Made by a program: the position numbers and the translations under genes. The notes beneath the pieces are model-generated. The model was not told where the DNA came from, did no database searches, and saw only the letters and a list, made by a program, of their open reading frames with translations. Below, in pieces: positions 29,145 to 38,670 of a stretch of 64,000 nucleotides of DNA. The stretch comes from a virus: the IMG/VR virus record IMGVR_UViG_3300037069_000806, positions 3,493-67,492 of that record, one strand, 5' to 3'. Each line of letters starts with the position of its first letter. The first letter of the stretch is position 1.

Positions 29145-31079
29145 GTGTCCAACATCGTCACCGACCCGAACCACCTGCGCGAGGTGCTCGCGTACTTCGA
29201 GCGGCAGGATGCGTTCGCGTTCGACGTCGAGTCCTTCGGCGAGAACCGGGGCGAGCCGACGCAGAACACCCTCAACTGGCTGTCTATGGCCACCAAGGGC
29301 ATGGCCGTGGCGATCCCCTTCGGTCACCCCAACGGGGACCGGCTCATCTCCAAGGCGACCCGTCGCATGGACAAGGCGACGCGGAAGTTCACCCAGATCC
29401 CGGCGCGCTACGAAGACCCGCCCGCACAGATGCGGCCGAGTGAGGTCTTCGGGACGCTGCGCCCGCTGTTCTTCGGGGACCAGATCAAGATCGCGCACAA
29501 CGCGACGTTCGACCTCGTGTCCGTGGCCAAGTACTTCGGCGGCGAGTGCCCGACAGGTCCCTACGAGGACACCATCGTTATGCAATGGCTCCTGGACGAG
29601 AACCTGAAGACCAAGGGCCTGAAGGACATGACCATCAAGCGCTACGGCGTGTCCTACGACGACGAACACGTCGGCCGGATGGTGGAGGCCCACCCGTTCA
29701 GCAAGGTCGGCCGGTACGCCTACCTCGACGCCAAGTACACCTGGCTTCATCGCCAGCGGATGCGTCCGCTGCTGGAGGAGCAGGGTCTGTGGCCTGTGTT
29801 CGACCTGGAGATGGACGTCCTCAAGGTTCTGCTGGGCATGAAGATGCACGGTGCAGTCGTGGATGAGGAGGCCATCCGCAACCTGGAGGTGGACCTGTCC
29901 GAGCGGCTGGTCGACATCGAGGCCACCATCTACCAGCGCGCCGGTCGACGGTTCAACATCAACTCGACGGCCGACAAGGTCAAGGTGCTCTACGACCCCA
30001 AGGACGAGGGTGGGCAGGGACTCCGTCCCCTGAAGGAGACGCCCGGCGGCCAACCCAGCACCGACCGGGAGTCGCTGGAGGCGCACGAGTCCAACCCCCT
30101 GGTCCAGGCGTTGTTGGAGTACGCGGAGATCAACAAGTTGCTGGGCACCTACGTGCGCGGCTACCTGGGGGACCCCGAGGACCCGAAGAAACCGAGCATC
30201 ATCTACGACGGGCGGATCCACGCGGACCTCGTCCAGTACGGCACGGTCACCGGCCGATTCTCCTGTCGCGAGCCCAACCTCCAGAACATCCCTCGCCCGG
30301 ACAGTGACCTGGGCAAGAAGATCCGAGGCCTGTTCGTTGCCCCTCCGGGGTACAAGATGATCGTCGCGGACTACGGGCAGATCGAGATGGTCCTGCTCGC
30401 CCACTACATCGGCAAGGGCCGCCTATTCAACGACCTGCTCGACGGTGGAGACCCGCACTCAGCCACGGCCGCCGCCCTGATGGGGCTGGACTACGCCGAG
30501 TTCATCGAGCGGATGGATGGTGGCGACGCTGAGTGCAAGCAGATGCGACAGGTCGCCAAGGGCCTCAACTTCGCCATCGTCTACGGCGCGGGCCCAGACA
30601 AGGTCGCTGCGATGGCTGGCATCTCCGTGAAGGAGGCCAAGCGCTTCCTCAAGATGCATGCTGAGACCTTTCCCGAGATCCACAAGTTCAAGGACCGGGT
30701 GATCGAGACCTGCAAGGCCCGCCGCCCGGCCCACATCGTCACCCTCCTGGGCCGCAAGCGTCGCCTCCCGACCATCTTCTCCAAGGACTGGAGCGTCGCG
30801 GGCTACGCCGAGCGCCAGGCGGTGAACTCCCTGGTCCAAGGGAGCGCAGCAGACATCATCAAGTTGGCCATGGTCCGGCTAGACGCGGCCCTGCCCGAGG
30901 ACATGCACCTGATCCTCTCGGTCCATGACGAACTCGTAACCCTTGCGCCGGAACATCGGGTCGAGGAGGCCGTCGAACTGGTCCGAGAGGCTATGCTAGG
31001 AACCGGTATTAAAGAACTGATTCACGTGCCCCTGAAGTCCGACATCAAGGTCGTTGACCGGTGGGCTGAGGCCAAGTGA
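29145..31079 (+). CDS. polA: DNA polymerase family A (3'-5' exonuclease + polymerase)
   Basis: FDVE, HNATFD and YAYLDA exonuclease motifs; TGRFS..PNLQNIP; ADYGQIE; AKGLNFAIVYG (Phe at the 762-equivalent position); VHDEL. Confidence 0.96.
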   Translation: MSNIVTDPNHLREVLAYFERQDAFAFDVESFGENRGEPTQNTLNWLSMATKGMAVAIPFGHPNGDRLISKATRRMDKATRKFTQIPARYEDPPAQMRPSEVFGTLRPLFFGDQIKIAHNATFDLVSVAKYFGGECPTGPYEDTIVMQWLLDENLKTKGLKDMTIKRYGVSYDDEHVGRMVEAHPFSKVGRYAYLDAKYTWLHRQRMRPLLEEQGLWPVFDLEMDVLKVLLGMKMHGAVVDEEAIRNLEVDLSERLVDIEATIYQRAGRRFNINSTADKVKVLYDPKDEGGQGLRPLKETPGGQPSTDRESLEAHESNPLVQALLEYAEINKLLGTYVRGYLGDPEDPKKPSIIYDGRIHADLVQYGTVTGRFSCREPNLQNIPRPDSDLGKKIRGLFVAPPGYKMIVADYGQIEMVLLAHYIGKGRLFNDLLDGGDPHSATAAALMGLDYAEFIERMDGGDAECKQMRQVAKGLNFAIVYGAGPDKVAAMAGISVKEAKRFLKMHAETFPEIHKFKDRVIETCKARRPAHIVTLLGRKRRLPTIFSKDWSVAGYAERQAVNSLVQGSAADIIKLAMVRLDAALPEDMHLILSVHDELVTLAPEHRVEEAVELVREAMLGTGIKELIHVPLKSDIKVVDRWAEAK

Positions 31080-31102
31080 TGGGCGACCCCGAGGAGAACG
31101 AC

Positions 31103-31519
31103 ATGACGGATGACTTGACGCATCTCGAAGAGGGCCTCAGTAACCTCCAGATCGAGAACTACGACACCCTCCGTCGGAAGTTGATGTACGACCTCTTCCC
31201 TCACACCATGCTGACCGAGGGCTTCGCCGCTTTGGGTATCGTGCCCGGCTCTGACGAGGTAGTCGACCTGGAGCACATGGCATCCCATGTCCGCGACGCG
31301 AAGATGAGCAGCACCCTTCATCAGGTGACCCTCTTCATTGGGGCCATAGCGGGTGAGGTTCTAGCGTCCGCCCAGTTGATGGGCTCCGATGCCAAGGGAC
31401 TCCCTGCCGAGAAGAAGCAGCAGTACAGGTACGAGATCGCACAGGTCGTTCAGGTCGCGTCCGTCGCAGTGGTGGCGGAACTGCTGGACCTGGGCGTAAT
31501 CGCGCAGATGGGCCAGTGA
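31103..31519 (+). CDS. Hypothetical protein
   Basis: GAGGAG SD. Confidence 0.65.
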   Translation: MTDDLTHLEEGLSNLQIENYDTLRRKLMYDLFPHTMLTEGFAALGIVPGSDEVVDLEHMASHVRDAKMSSTLHQVTLFIGAIAGEVLASAQLMGSDAKGLPAEKKQQYRYEIAQVVQVASVAVVAELLDLGVIAQMGQ

Positions 31520-31520
31520 C

Positions 31521-31967
31521 ATGGGCTTCTGGGACAACGTAGCCGGATCCGCGCCTCAACAGCAGCCTGCGCAGGCCCGTCAAGAGCCTGTGCGGAACTC
31601 CCCGCAGCCCTGGTGGGCCCCTGCCCCACCGCAGCAAGCGCAGCCGCAAGTACAGGCGATCCCGCAACCTGAGATGAATGAAGATGAGGCCGAGTGGAAT
31701 GGCTATGTTGGATCAACGCAGCCGAAGAAGGCCCTGTCTCGCCTGAAGCATGACCGTTGTCCCTCGTGCGATAGCACGAACTACGGTCAGCCCCAAGGGC
31801 ATCCGAACGCTGTCGCGCAGTGCTACGAGTGCGGGTACAACCCTCGCTTCCACCAGGAGACTTCCGCGCTCCCTAGCAACGGTGGGCCCATCCAGGCGAC
31901 CAAGCAGGTCAGCACCGCGAACAACTGGAACCCGCAGGGCATCGTCGGCAACGTCAACAGCGTCTGA
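31521..31967 (+). CDS. Zinc-ribbon protein with a P/Q-rich N-terminus
   Basis: CPSCDS.NY...CYECGY. Confidence 0.75.
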   Translation: MGFWDNVAGSAPQQQPAQARQEPVRNSPQPWWAPAPPQQAQPQVQAIPQPEMNEDEAEWNGYVGSTQPKKALSRLKHDRCPSCDSTNYGQPQGHPNAVAQCYECGYNPRFHQETSALPSNGGPIQATKQVSTANNWNPQGIVGNVNSV

Positions 31968-32015
31968 CCTTCGCCAACCCGATCTAACGCTCGCACAAGG
32001 GAGTGCTATCTCTTC

Positions 32016-33647
32016 ATGTCTGTTTCCGTTCGCCCTGCCACGTCTATGTCCGACTTTGCGCGCACCATCTACGAGCAGAAGTATCGCCAGCCCGATGAGA
32101 CCGACTGGGTGGACACGGCCCGTCGGGTGGTCGCCACGGTGATGGAGCCGTACTTCCCAGAGATGGTCGAGGAGACCGTGGCTCTCGTGGCAGCGCGGAA
32201 GTTCATGCCAGGCGGCAGGTACCTATACGCCACAGGGAAGCGCTTCCACCAGACCCAGAACTGTCTGCTCCTCCGAGTCGAGGACAGTCGCGAGGGTTGG
32301 GCCAGCCTGATGCAGCGGATCACCAACGGGCTCATGACCGGGGCCGGTATCGGCTGCGTCTACTCCGCCTTGCGGCCGAGCGGGGCACTGGTCAAGGGCA
32401 TGGGCGGGCTCTCCACCGGACCGCTGGCGCTCATGCAGATGGTCAACGAGTCGGGCCGCCACATCATGCAGGGAGGCTCGCGACGGGCCGCTATCTGGGC
32501 GGGTCTTCATTGGAACCACGCCGATGTCTTCGACTTCATCCGGATCAAGGACTGGTCCGACGACATCAAGGTGATGAAGGAGCAGGACTACAACTTCCCC
32601 GCGCCGATGGACATGACCAACATCTCGGTGATCCTGGACGACGACTTCTTCGAGGCTTACGCCAACGCCGACGACCCGATGCATGACTGGGCCCACCGGG
32701 TGTACTGGGAGACGGTCGAGCACATGCTCACCACCGCCGAGCCTGGCTTCTCCGTAGACAGTGGCGCGAACGCGGGGGAGAACCTGCGCAACGCCTGCAC
32801 CGAGGTCACCTCGTCCGACGACAACGACATCTGCAACCTCGGCTCGCTCAACCTCGCCCAGTTCGACACCATCGAGGAGTTCGAGCGCGCGGTCTTCCTG
32901 GGCACGGCCTTTCTCCTCTGCGGCACCCTCTACTCCAAGGTCCCCTACGAGGAGGTGGCTGAGGTTCGGACGAAGAACCGCCGCCTCGGCCTGGGTCTCA
33001 TGGGCATCTACGAGTGGCTGGTCACCCGGGGCTACGAGTACAAGGAGAACGACGAACTGGCCCTGTGGCTGGATCAGTACGCGCTCAGCGGGGAGTACGC
33101 CAACACTCTGGCTGACTTCCTCGGCATCTCTCGGCCGGTCAAGACGCGGGCCATCGCGCCGACCGGCACCATCGGCATCCTCGCCGAGACCACGACCGGC
33201 ATCGAGCCCCTGTTCGCGACCGCGCTGAAGCGTCGGTACCTCAAGGGCACCGAGTGGAAGTTCCAGTACGTCGTGGATGCCACCGCACAGCGGCTGCTGG
33301 ACAAGGGCGTGGACCAGTCCCTCCTAGTGGACGCCTACGACCTGGCGGAGAACCCAGAGCAGCGCGTTGCGTTCCAGGCATGGGTGCAGCAGTGGGTGGA
33401 CCACGGAATCTCCAGCACCCTCAACCTCCCGGCCCGCGACCAGCAGTCGTTCACCACCCGGGAGTTCGGGGACATGCTGATGGGCTACCTGCCACGCCTT
33501 CGCGGGGTCACGTGCTACCCCGACGGCGCGCGCGGTGGACAGCCGTTGACCAAGGTCCCACTCGCCGAGGCCATGGAGTGGGAAGGCCTGGAGTGGGATG
33601 AGGTCGGCAACGGACTTGCGTGTGTGTCAGGGGTCTGTGGTATTTGA
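32016..33647 (+). CDS. nrdJ: Class II (B12-dependent) ribonucleotide reductase
   Basis: FMPGGRYL, QNC, RNACTE, CNLGSLNL, RRLGLG and IAPTGT motifs; C-terminal CVSGVC; no beta subunit nearby. Confidence 0.9.
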   Translation: MSVSVRPATSMSDFARTIYEQKYRQPDETDWVDTARRVVATVMEPYFPEMVEETVALVAARKFMPGGRYLYATGKRFHQTQNCLLLRVEDSREGWASLMQRITNGLMTGAGIGCVYSALRPSGALVKGMGGLSTGPLALMQMVNESGRHIMQGGSRRAAIWAGLHWNHADVFDFIRIKDWSDDIKVMKEQDYNFPAPMDMTNISVILDDDFFEAYANADDPMHDWAHRVYWETVEHMLTTAEPGFSVDSGANAGENLRNACTEVTSSDDNDICNLGSLNLAQFDTIEEFERAVFLGTAFLLCGTLYSKVPYEEVAEVRTKNRRLGLGLMGIYEWLVTRGYEYKENDELALWLDQYALSGEYANTLADFLGISRPVKTRAIAPTGTIGILAETTTGIEPLFATALKRRYLKGTEWKFQYVVDATAQRLLDKGVDQSLLVDAYDLAENPEQRVAFQAWVQQWVDHGISSTLNLPARDQQSFTTREFGDMLMGYLPRLRGVTCYPDGARGGQPLTKVPLAEAMEWEGLEWDEVGNGLACVSGVCGI

Positions 33648-33657
33648 TCACGAGTCC

Positions 33658-33731
33658 GGGCGTGTCGGCTGACTTGAACCGGTTCCAGGGATACGGTTCC
33701 CCTGATGATTCCAAGACAGGGAGAACCGTAT
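33658..33731 (+). promoter_or_regulatory. Class-II promoter (GGGCGTGTCG..AACCGGTT-N7-TACGGT) with an SD/ATG-occluding hairpin
   Basis: ATACGGTTCCCCTG (33691-704) pairs with CAGGGAGAACCGTAT (33717-731). Confidence 0.75.
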
Positions 33732-34023
33732 GTCTACTCTCGCTGAAGCACTCACCCAGGTCGAGTCCACCACCGACCCCGGGTGGCGGGCCGCCACCGA
33801 GATCGTCATCGACGGTCTGATCCGGGTCGGCGAGACGTTCACTGCTGACGATGTGTGGGAGGGCTTGGAGGACTACGAGGTCTCCACTCCCGAGCCCCGT
33901 GCCATGGGCGCGGTGCTGACGTCCTACGTCAACGCCGGGAAGATCCGCGCCGTCGGTGGCACCAAGAGCCGTCGGCCCCAGCGGCACTCAGGATGGGTCA
34001 CCGTCTTCGAGGTCATTGCATGA
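33730..34023 (+). CDS. Hypothetical protein (possible winged helix)
   Basis: FTADDVW...EPRAMGAV motif. Confidence 0.75.
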   Translation: MSTLAEALTQVESTTDPGWRAATEIVIDGLIRVGETFTADDVWEGLEDYEVSTPEPRAMGAVLTSYVNAGKIRAVGGTKSRRPQRHSGWVTVFEVIA

Positions 34024-35246
34024 ACGACGAAGCCAAAGCATTGATGGCGAAGATCAACAAGCAACACGGCGACGGCACCGTTGTGCTCGCCTCGGACATG
34101 CGGGTCGCCCGCCGCTTCACCTCCGGCTCCCTGTCTTTGGACATCTCCCTCGGTGGCGGCTGGCCCGCCAACCAGTGGATCGAGGTCCGGGGCCGGGAGA
34201 GCCACGGCAAGACCGCCATCGTCCTGAAGACCATCGCGGCCAATCAGGCTGCGGATCCCAACTTCACGACGCTGTGGATCGCGGCCGAGCACTACGACGT
34301 CGACCAAGCGACAGCCCTTGGCATCGACAACGACCGCATGATCGTGGTCAACACGCAGCAGATGGAGTTCGCATTCACCACGATGCTGGATTTCGCGAAC
34401 AGCCGGTCGGTCGACGCCATCGTTCTGGACTCCTACCCGGCACTCATCCCGGACGACGAGGCCGCCAAGGACATGGACGAGATGACTGTGGCGCTAGGTG
34501 CCCGGCTCCTCGGCAAGTTCTTCCGCAAGGCGGGCCCCGCAACCAAGCGCTCGCTTTCGGACACCGAGGACCGGCCCATCGTCGGCTTCGTCATCAACCA
34601 GTTCCGTGACCAGATCGGTGGCTTCTCACCGCACGGCGTCCCGCAGACCACCCCGGGTGGTAAGGCCAAGAACTATGCCTTCTACGTGCAGGTCGACGTC
34701 GCGCGCGCGGAGTTCATCGAGGAGGCCCGGCCCGGTAAGGGCAAGGTCAAGGTGGGCCAGACCATCAAGGCCACGACCGTCAAGAACAAGAGCGCCCCGC
34801 CCCGTCAGGTGGCCACGGTCGACTTCTACTTCCGCGACGCCCCCTTCCTCGGATTCGTCCGGGGTGAGTACGACGAGGTCAAGGAGATCGTGACCCTCGG
34901 CGTCGTGTTCGACGTCATCACCCGGCGCGGTGCCTACTTCGAGTTCGAGGGCGGCCGTTGGCAGGGCAAGGAGTCCATGATCCAGGCGTTCCGAGAAGAC
35001 CTGGGCCTGCGGGCTACCGCACGTGAACGCATTCTCATCGCAGCGACCGAGCCCGACGCCCCCGTGCTGGAGGAGTCAGTGGTTGCTGCTGCCACCACCG
35101 CTGGGGTCCGGACTATCAGGAGGACCAGTGGACCGACAGATCAAGAGGTCGCGGCAGCAGGAGACGAGGCTGGCGAAGGACATCGGGGGCAGCCGGAACG
35201 CGATGAGCGGAGCGGGTTGGCTCCGGAAGAACGACGTGCAATCTGA
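34020..35246 (+). CDS. recA: RecA-like recombinase
   Basis: SGSLSLDISLGGGWP, GRESHGKT, IVLDS, INQFR and TPGG motifs. Confidence 0.95.
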   Translation: MNDEAKALMAKINKQHGDGTVVLASDMRVARRFTSGSLSLDISLGGGWPANQWIEVRGRESHGKTAIVLKTIAANQAADPNFTTLWIAAEHYDVDQATALGIDNDRMIVVNTQQMEFAFTTMLDFANSRSVDAIVLDSYPALIPDDEAAKDMDEMTVALGARLLGKFFRKAGPATKRSLSDTEDRPIVGFVINQFRDQIGGFSPHGVPQTTPGGKAKNYAFYVQVDVARAEFIEEARPGKGKVKVGQTIKATTVKNKSAPPRQVATVDFYFRDAPFLGFVRGEYDEVKEIVTLGVVFDVITRRGAYFEFEGGRWQGKESMIQAFREDLGLRATARERILIAATEPDAPVLEESVVAAATTAGVRTIRRTSGPTDQEVAAAGDEAGEGHRGQPERDERSGLAPEERRAI

Positions 35247-35490
35247 AGATGTTTCGGTCGAGGCCAAGTACACCGACAAGAAGTCGTTCAGCCTGAAGGT
35301 GGACGACCTTCTCCTCGCCGAGAAGTACGCGCTCTTGGACGACCGCGACCTCGTCTTCGCCATCGAGTTCTCCACGGCTGGCCGCACCTTCGCGGTCATC
35401 TCGTGGGAGGACTACCTCGGACTCAAGGCCACATCGAATCTCATCGGGGGTGAACGCCATGGTAATGCGCCTGAGAACACCGGCTCCTGA
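35128..35490 (+). CDS. PD-(D/E)xK nuclease, Holliday junction resolvase-like
   Basis: QE.RLAK..GG..SGAGW.RKNDV...VEAKYT; AGGAGG SD. Confidence 0.8.
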   Translation: MDRQIKRSRQQETRLAKDIGGSRNAMSGAGWLRKNDVQSEDVSVEAKYTDKKSFSLKVDDLLLAEKYALLDDRDLVFAIEFSTAGRTFAVISWEDYLGLKATSNLIGGERHGNAPENTGS

Positions 35491-35845
35491 CTGGAGCAGG
35501 GCCAAGTGCGTCCGCTTCCCACCCAAGCGGGACGCTGACCCCTGGTACGACGACATGGACGAGGCTATTCAGGTCTGCAACGGGGACGCCGACGGCATCG
35601 TCTGCCCGCTCCGCCAGCAGTGCCTGGAGTTCGCGCTCGTCAACAACCTGGCGCACGGGATCTTCGGTGGCATGTACGAGCATGACCGCCGCCGCCTGCG
35701 ACGCGACGCCCGCGAGGTCAAGAAGCCGTGGCATCAGGCCATCGAGGACGGTGATTGGACATGGCAGGAGCCAACCGAGTTGTGCGACGACGCACCGGAG
35801 GAAGTGGAGCCGGAGGAGGACGAGTACGACCCCGAGGCAGCCTAG
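35459..35845 (+). CDS. whiB: WhiB-family transcription factor
   Basis: W..AKC...C(x8)CP.RQQCLEFAL...HGIFGG...DRRRL. Confidence 0.88.
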   Translation: MVMRLRTPAPDWSRAKCVRFPPKRDADPWYDDMDEAIQVCNGDADGIVCPLRQQCLEFALVNNLAHGIFGGMYEHDRRRLRRDAREVKKPWHQAIEDGDWTWQEPTELCDDAPEEVEPEEDEYDPEAA

Positions 35846-36885
35846 AGGCCCTGGCCACCGCCCGGAACAAGGAGTCGATCCTCGGCGACATGGAGGAGCA
35901 CCTCCTAGCCAAGTACCAGGAGGAGAACGACCGGCGGCAGGACGTCATCCATCCCTCGGAGATGGCCAAGGCTGACTGGTGTCCTCGTGCTACCTACTAC
36001 CGGATCCGCGACGCACGTCTGGGTCTGTACACGAACACGGCTGAGAAGTTCAGCGGCCAGCGCGAGCGCATCTTCCAAGAGGGCCACGACATCCATCACA
36101 AGTACCAGGGCTACCTGCGCGCGATGGGTGTGCTCTGGGGCAAGTGGACGCGGCTCGACAAGGCCGACACCTACGTGGGTCTACCCCCCGAGAAGGAGAT
36201 GCGGCCAGGACAGTGGCGCTACGACGAGGTCCCCCTGTCGTCGCCCCGGCTGCTGATCTCTGGCCACGCCGACGGGGGGCTGCCGTACCGTTCCGGGATC
36301 CTTGAGGTCAAGTCCATCGGCACCGGGACGCTGCGGTTCGAGAACCCCACGTTGCTGACCAAGCACACCGTCGAGGCGACCACCGTGACCGGGGTCACCA
36401 AGAAGATCGTGGATCTGGACGGGCTCTGGCGTGACATCAAGCGCCCCCTCGGCAGCCACCTCAAGCAGACCTTCATCTACGGAGTGCTCGCCACCGAGAT
36501 GGGGCTCCCGTTCGACAAGACGATCTTCATCTACGAGAACAAGGCCACCCAGGCGGTGAAGCAGTTCGAAGTGAAGTTCGATCCCGAAGCGGTTGACAAG
36601 CAGATCGGCGCGGCGCTTGACATCAAAGCAGCGCTGGACGATTCTGGACATCTACCCAAGAGGCCCCGCCACACGGGCACCGACACCAAGATCTGCAAGG
36701 CCTGCCCGTTCCTGAAGGAGTGCTACGAGAATGAGCCGACGGACGACCGCGAGACGAGCGCCCATGAAGATGGGGTCGAGCAGCCGCGCCGCGTCCGAGT
36801 CGTTGACGACTCAGGGACTTCATCTGCCGGAGCGCCCGAGAGGCGACGTGCCCGGGTTGCCCGACGACCCTACCGGCCTGACTGA
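35761..36885 (+). CDS. Cas4-like PD-(D/E)xK exonuclease
   Basis: HPSE...CPR, GHADG...ILEVKS, HLKQ..IY and CKACPF..EC motifs. Confidence 0.88.
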   Translation: MAGANRVVRRRTGGSGAGGGRVRPRGSLEALATARNKESILGDMEEHLLAKYQEENDRRQDVIHPSEMAKADWCPRATYYRIRDARLGLYTNTAEKFSGQRERIFQEGHDIHHKYQGYLRAMGVLWGKWTRLDKADTYVGLPPEKEMRPGQWRYDEVPLSSPRLLISGHADGGLPYRSGILEVKSIGTGTLRFENPTLLTKHTVEATTVTGVTKKIVDLDGLWRDIKRPLGSHLKQTFIYGVLATEMGLPFDKTIFIYENKATQAVKQFEVKFDPEAVDKQIGAALDIKAALDDSGHLPKRPRHTGTDTKICKACPFLKECYENEPTDDRETSAHEDGVEQPRRVRVVDDSGTSSAGAPERRRARVARRPYRPD

Positions 36886-37246
36886 CAGCCAACTGATGTC
36901 GCTGTTCGTCCAGTTGACGGAGTGGGCGGCGTACATGGGCACGCAACTCGCCGTGGCCGAGGTCGATGAGCGACACGACCTGTCTGTGGTCGAGAGGTGC
37001 CGCGCCATCAGCACGTCAGCCAACAGCGGAGGCAAGACCACGGTCACTGCCGCCAAGGCACAGGCATACAACGACCCCGAGTTCCTGGAGTCCACAGAGA
37101 AGGCAGCCACCAGCCACGCGTATCGCAAGTTGGTGGAGGCGCTGTACAACGCGACCGACCGCAAGGCACAGGTGCTGTCCCGGGAACTGACCCGTCGGGT
37201 AGGCCGCGAGCCGCGCGAGAACCGAAGGGACAGGTACACCGCATGA
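36731..37246 (+). CDS. UvsY-like recombination mediator
   Basis: Helical protein ending LSRELTRR; next to recA and the exonuclease; assignment is inference. Confidence 0.6.
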   Translation: MSRRTTARRAPMKMGSSSRAASESLTTQGLHLPERPRGDVPGLPDDPTGLTDSQLMSLFVQLTEWAAYMGTQLAVAEVDERHDLSVVERCRAISTSANSGGKTTVTAAKAQAYNDPEFLESTEKAATSHAYRKLVEALYNATDRKAQVLSRELTRRVGREPRENRRDRYTA

Positions 37247-37422
37247 GTGAGCACGTTCATGACTGGAAGTCCGAGGGCATCTTTGACCTCGGCAAGTACG
37301 AGAAGCAGTCCTGTCAGAAGCCGTTCTGCGACGCGGTGCAGTGGTTCTCCGGCCCCGTTGGACTGCTGCCTAACGTCCCCCCGGGGTTCCCGGTCGACGC
37401 CCCTGCATGGGCCACATCATGA
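37243..37422 (+). CDS. Small hypothetical protein (H/C-rich)
   Basis: ATGA overlaps on both sides. Confidence 0.55.
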   Translation: MSEHVHDWKSEGIFDLGKYEKQSCQKPFCDAVQWFSGPVGLLPNVPPGFPVDAPAWATS

Positions 37423-37772
37423 CCAGCATCTGGCGTGCTCAGGTCACTCGTCCCACTGAGCCCTGGCGGTTCAGTGGCGAATACGGCGCGCTCCTCAATG
37501 TGGACGTCGCCCTCTCCCCGGACTACGGGTCGGATTGGGCGGTCTTCTGGAGCGGTGGCGAAACGTTGACCCACGTCCGGTTCACCGAGGAGGGGGTCCG
37601 TCCTGCGAGTCCCCAGGTCCGGATCCCAGAGGAGGCGGCCAGGGCCCTGTATGACGCGCTGGGCTACTACTTCGGCGGCCACTCCACCCCCAACCAGGCC
37701 GCCCTGGCTGATGCGCTGAAGGTCGAGCGCGGCCGGGTGGACCTCGTCCTGAAGAAACTCCTGGAGGACTGA
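37419..37772 (+). CDS. Hypothetical protein
   Basis: Translationally coupled ORF. Confidence 0.65.
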   Translation: MTSIWRAQVTRPTEPWRFSGEYGALLNVDVALSPDYGSDWAVFWSGGETLTHVRFTEEGVRPASPQVRIPEEAARALYDALGYYFGGHSTPNQAALADALKVERGRVDLVLKKLLED

Positions 37773-37969
37773 TGAGCGAGCAGACGTTCAAGAACACCCA
37801 GTCCTCGAAGACGGAGGAAGCGGATGTGGTGGCTCCGGTTCCCACCGAGAGCATCGCGGATCAAGAACTGATGAAGAGCACCGACGACCTGCTGGACGAG
37901 ATCGACACGCTGCTGGAGCCCAACGCCCAGGAGTTCGTGGACGGTTTCGTTCAGAAGGGCGGCGAGTGA
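37772..37969 (+). CDS. pup: Prokaryotic ubiquitin-like protein Pup (GGE terminus)
   Basis: TDDLLDEIDTLLEPNAQEFVDGFVQKGGE matches the Pup C-terminal consensus (DDLLDEID.VLE.NA..FV..YVQKGG[QE]); GGAGG SD. Confidence 0.95.
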   Translation: MSEQTFKNTQSSKTEEADVVAPVPTESIADQELMKSTDDLLDEIDTLLEPNAQEFVDGFVQKGGE

Positions 37970-38670
37970 TGCGGCTGCGCTCTGACATGACCGTCGAACT
38001 GGTCCAGAAGATGGGGGACGACGAGACCCTGTGCAAGGCCGCTCGCGTGTCCACGCTGGGTACCGCCAGCCTTGAGACGACCGAGAGCAGTGGCCTCCTC
38101 AACTTCCTGATGAAGGGGAGGCACGGAAGCCCGTTCGAACACGGGTCCATGACGTTCCTGATCGAGGCCCCGATCTTCGTGTTCCGGGAGTTCCACCGGC
38201 ACAGGGTCGGCTGGTCGTACAACGAGACGTCGGGTCGGTACCGGCAACTGGAGCCGGTCTTCTACGTGCCCCCGACCAACCGCCCCCTCAAGCAGGTGGG
38301 TAAGGCCGGGGAGTACTCGTTCGAGCCGGGAACGTCCGAGCAGAGGGGCCTCATCGCGAAGGCCGCCGGAGTTTGCTACGGGACGGCGTGGAGCGCGTAC
38401 AAGTCGATGCTCGCAGAGGGTGTCGCCAAAGAGGTCGCCCGGATGGTGCTGCCTGTCGGCATCTACTCCTCGATGTACGCCACCTGCAACCCGCGCTCGC
38501 TGATGCACTTCCTCAGCCTGCGGACCACCGAGCCGTCCCCGTCGGCCACCTTCCCCTCGCACCCGCAGTACGAGATCGAGTTGGTCGCCCGGCAGATGGA
38601 GTTCATCTTCGCCGACCTCTTCCCGCTCACCACGGTGGCCTGGAACCTCAACGGAAGGGTGGCACCCTGA
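37969..38670 (+). CDS. thyX: Flavin-dependent thymidylate synthase
   Basis: H.SPFEH, RHR.GWSYNETSGRY, EVARMVLP, NPRSLMHFL.LR and QYEI motifs. Confidence 0.96.
   Translation: MRLRSDMTVELVQKMGDDETLCKAARVSTLGTASLETTESSGLLNFLMKGRHGSPFEHGSMTFLIEAPIFVFREFHRHRVGWSYNETSGRYRQLEPVFYVPPTNRPLKQVGKAGEYSFEPGTSEQRGLIAKAAGVCYGTAWSAYKSMLAEGVAKEVARMVLPVGIYSSMYATCNPRSLMHFLSLRTTEPSPSATFPSHPQYEIELVARQMEFIFADLFPLTTVAWNLNGRVAP

Noticed and set aside
33625-33646. TGTCAG-N10-TATTTG as a second RecA-NDp promoter upstream of the recA operon
   Set aside because: The final conserved T of the -10 is missing and the site lies within nrdJ; the class-II promoter just downstream explains the region better.
22541-35246. Inteins or introns in dnaB, polA, nrdJ or recA
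   Set aside because: Motifs are contiguous and lengths are normal; no splice-junction or homing-endonuclease signatures.
35761-36885. Cas4-like gene as evidence of a CRISPR system
   Set aside because: Stand-alone phage exonuclease; no repeat-spacer array or other cas genes seen.
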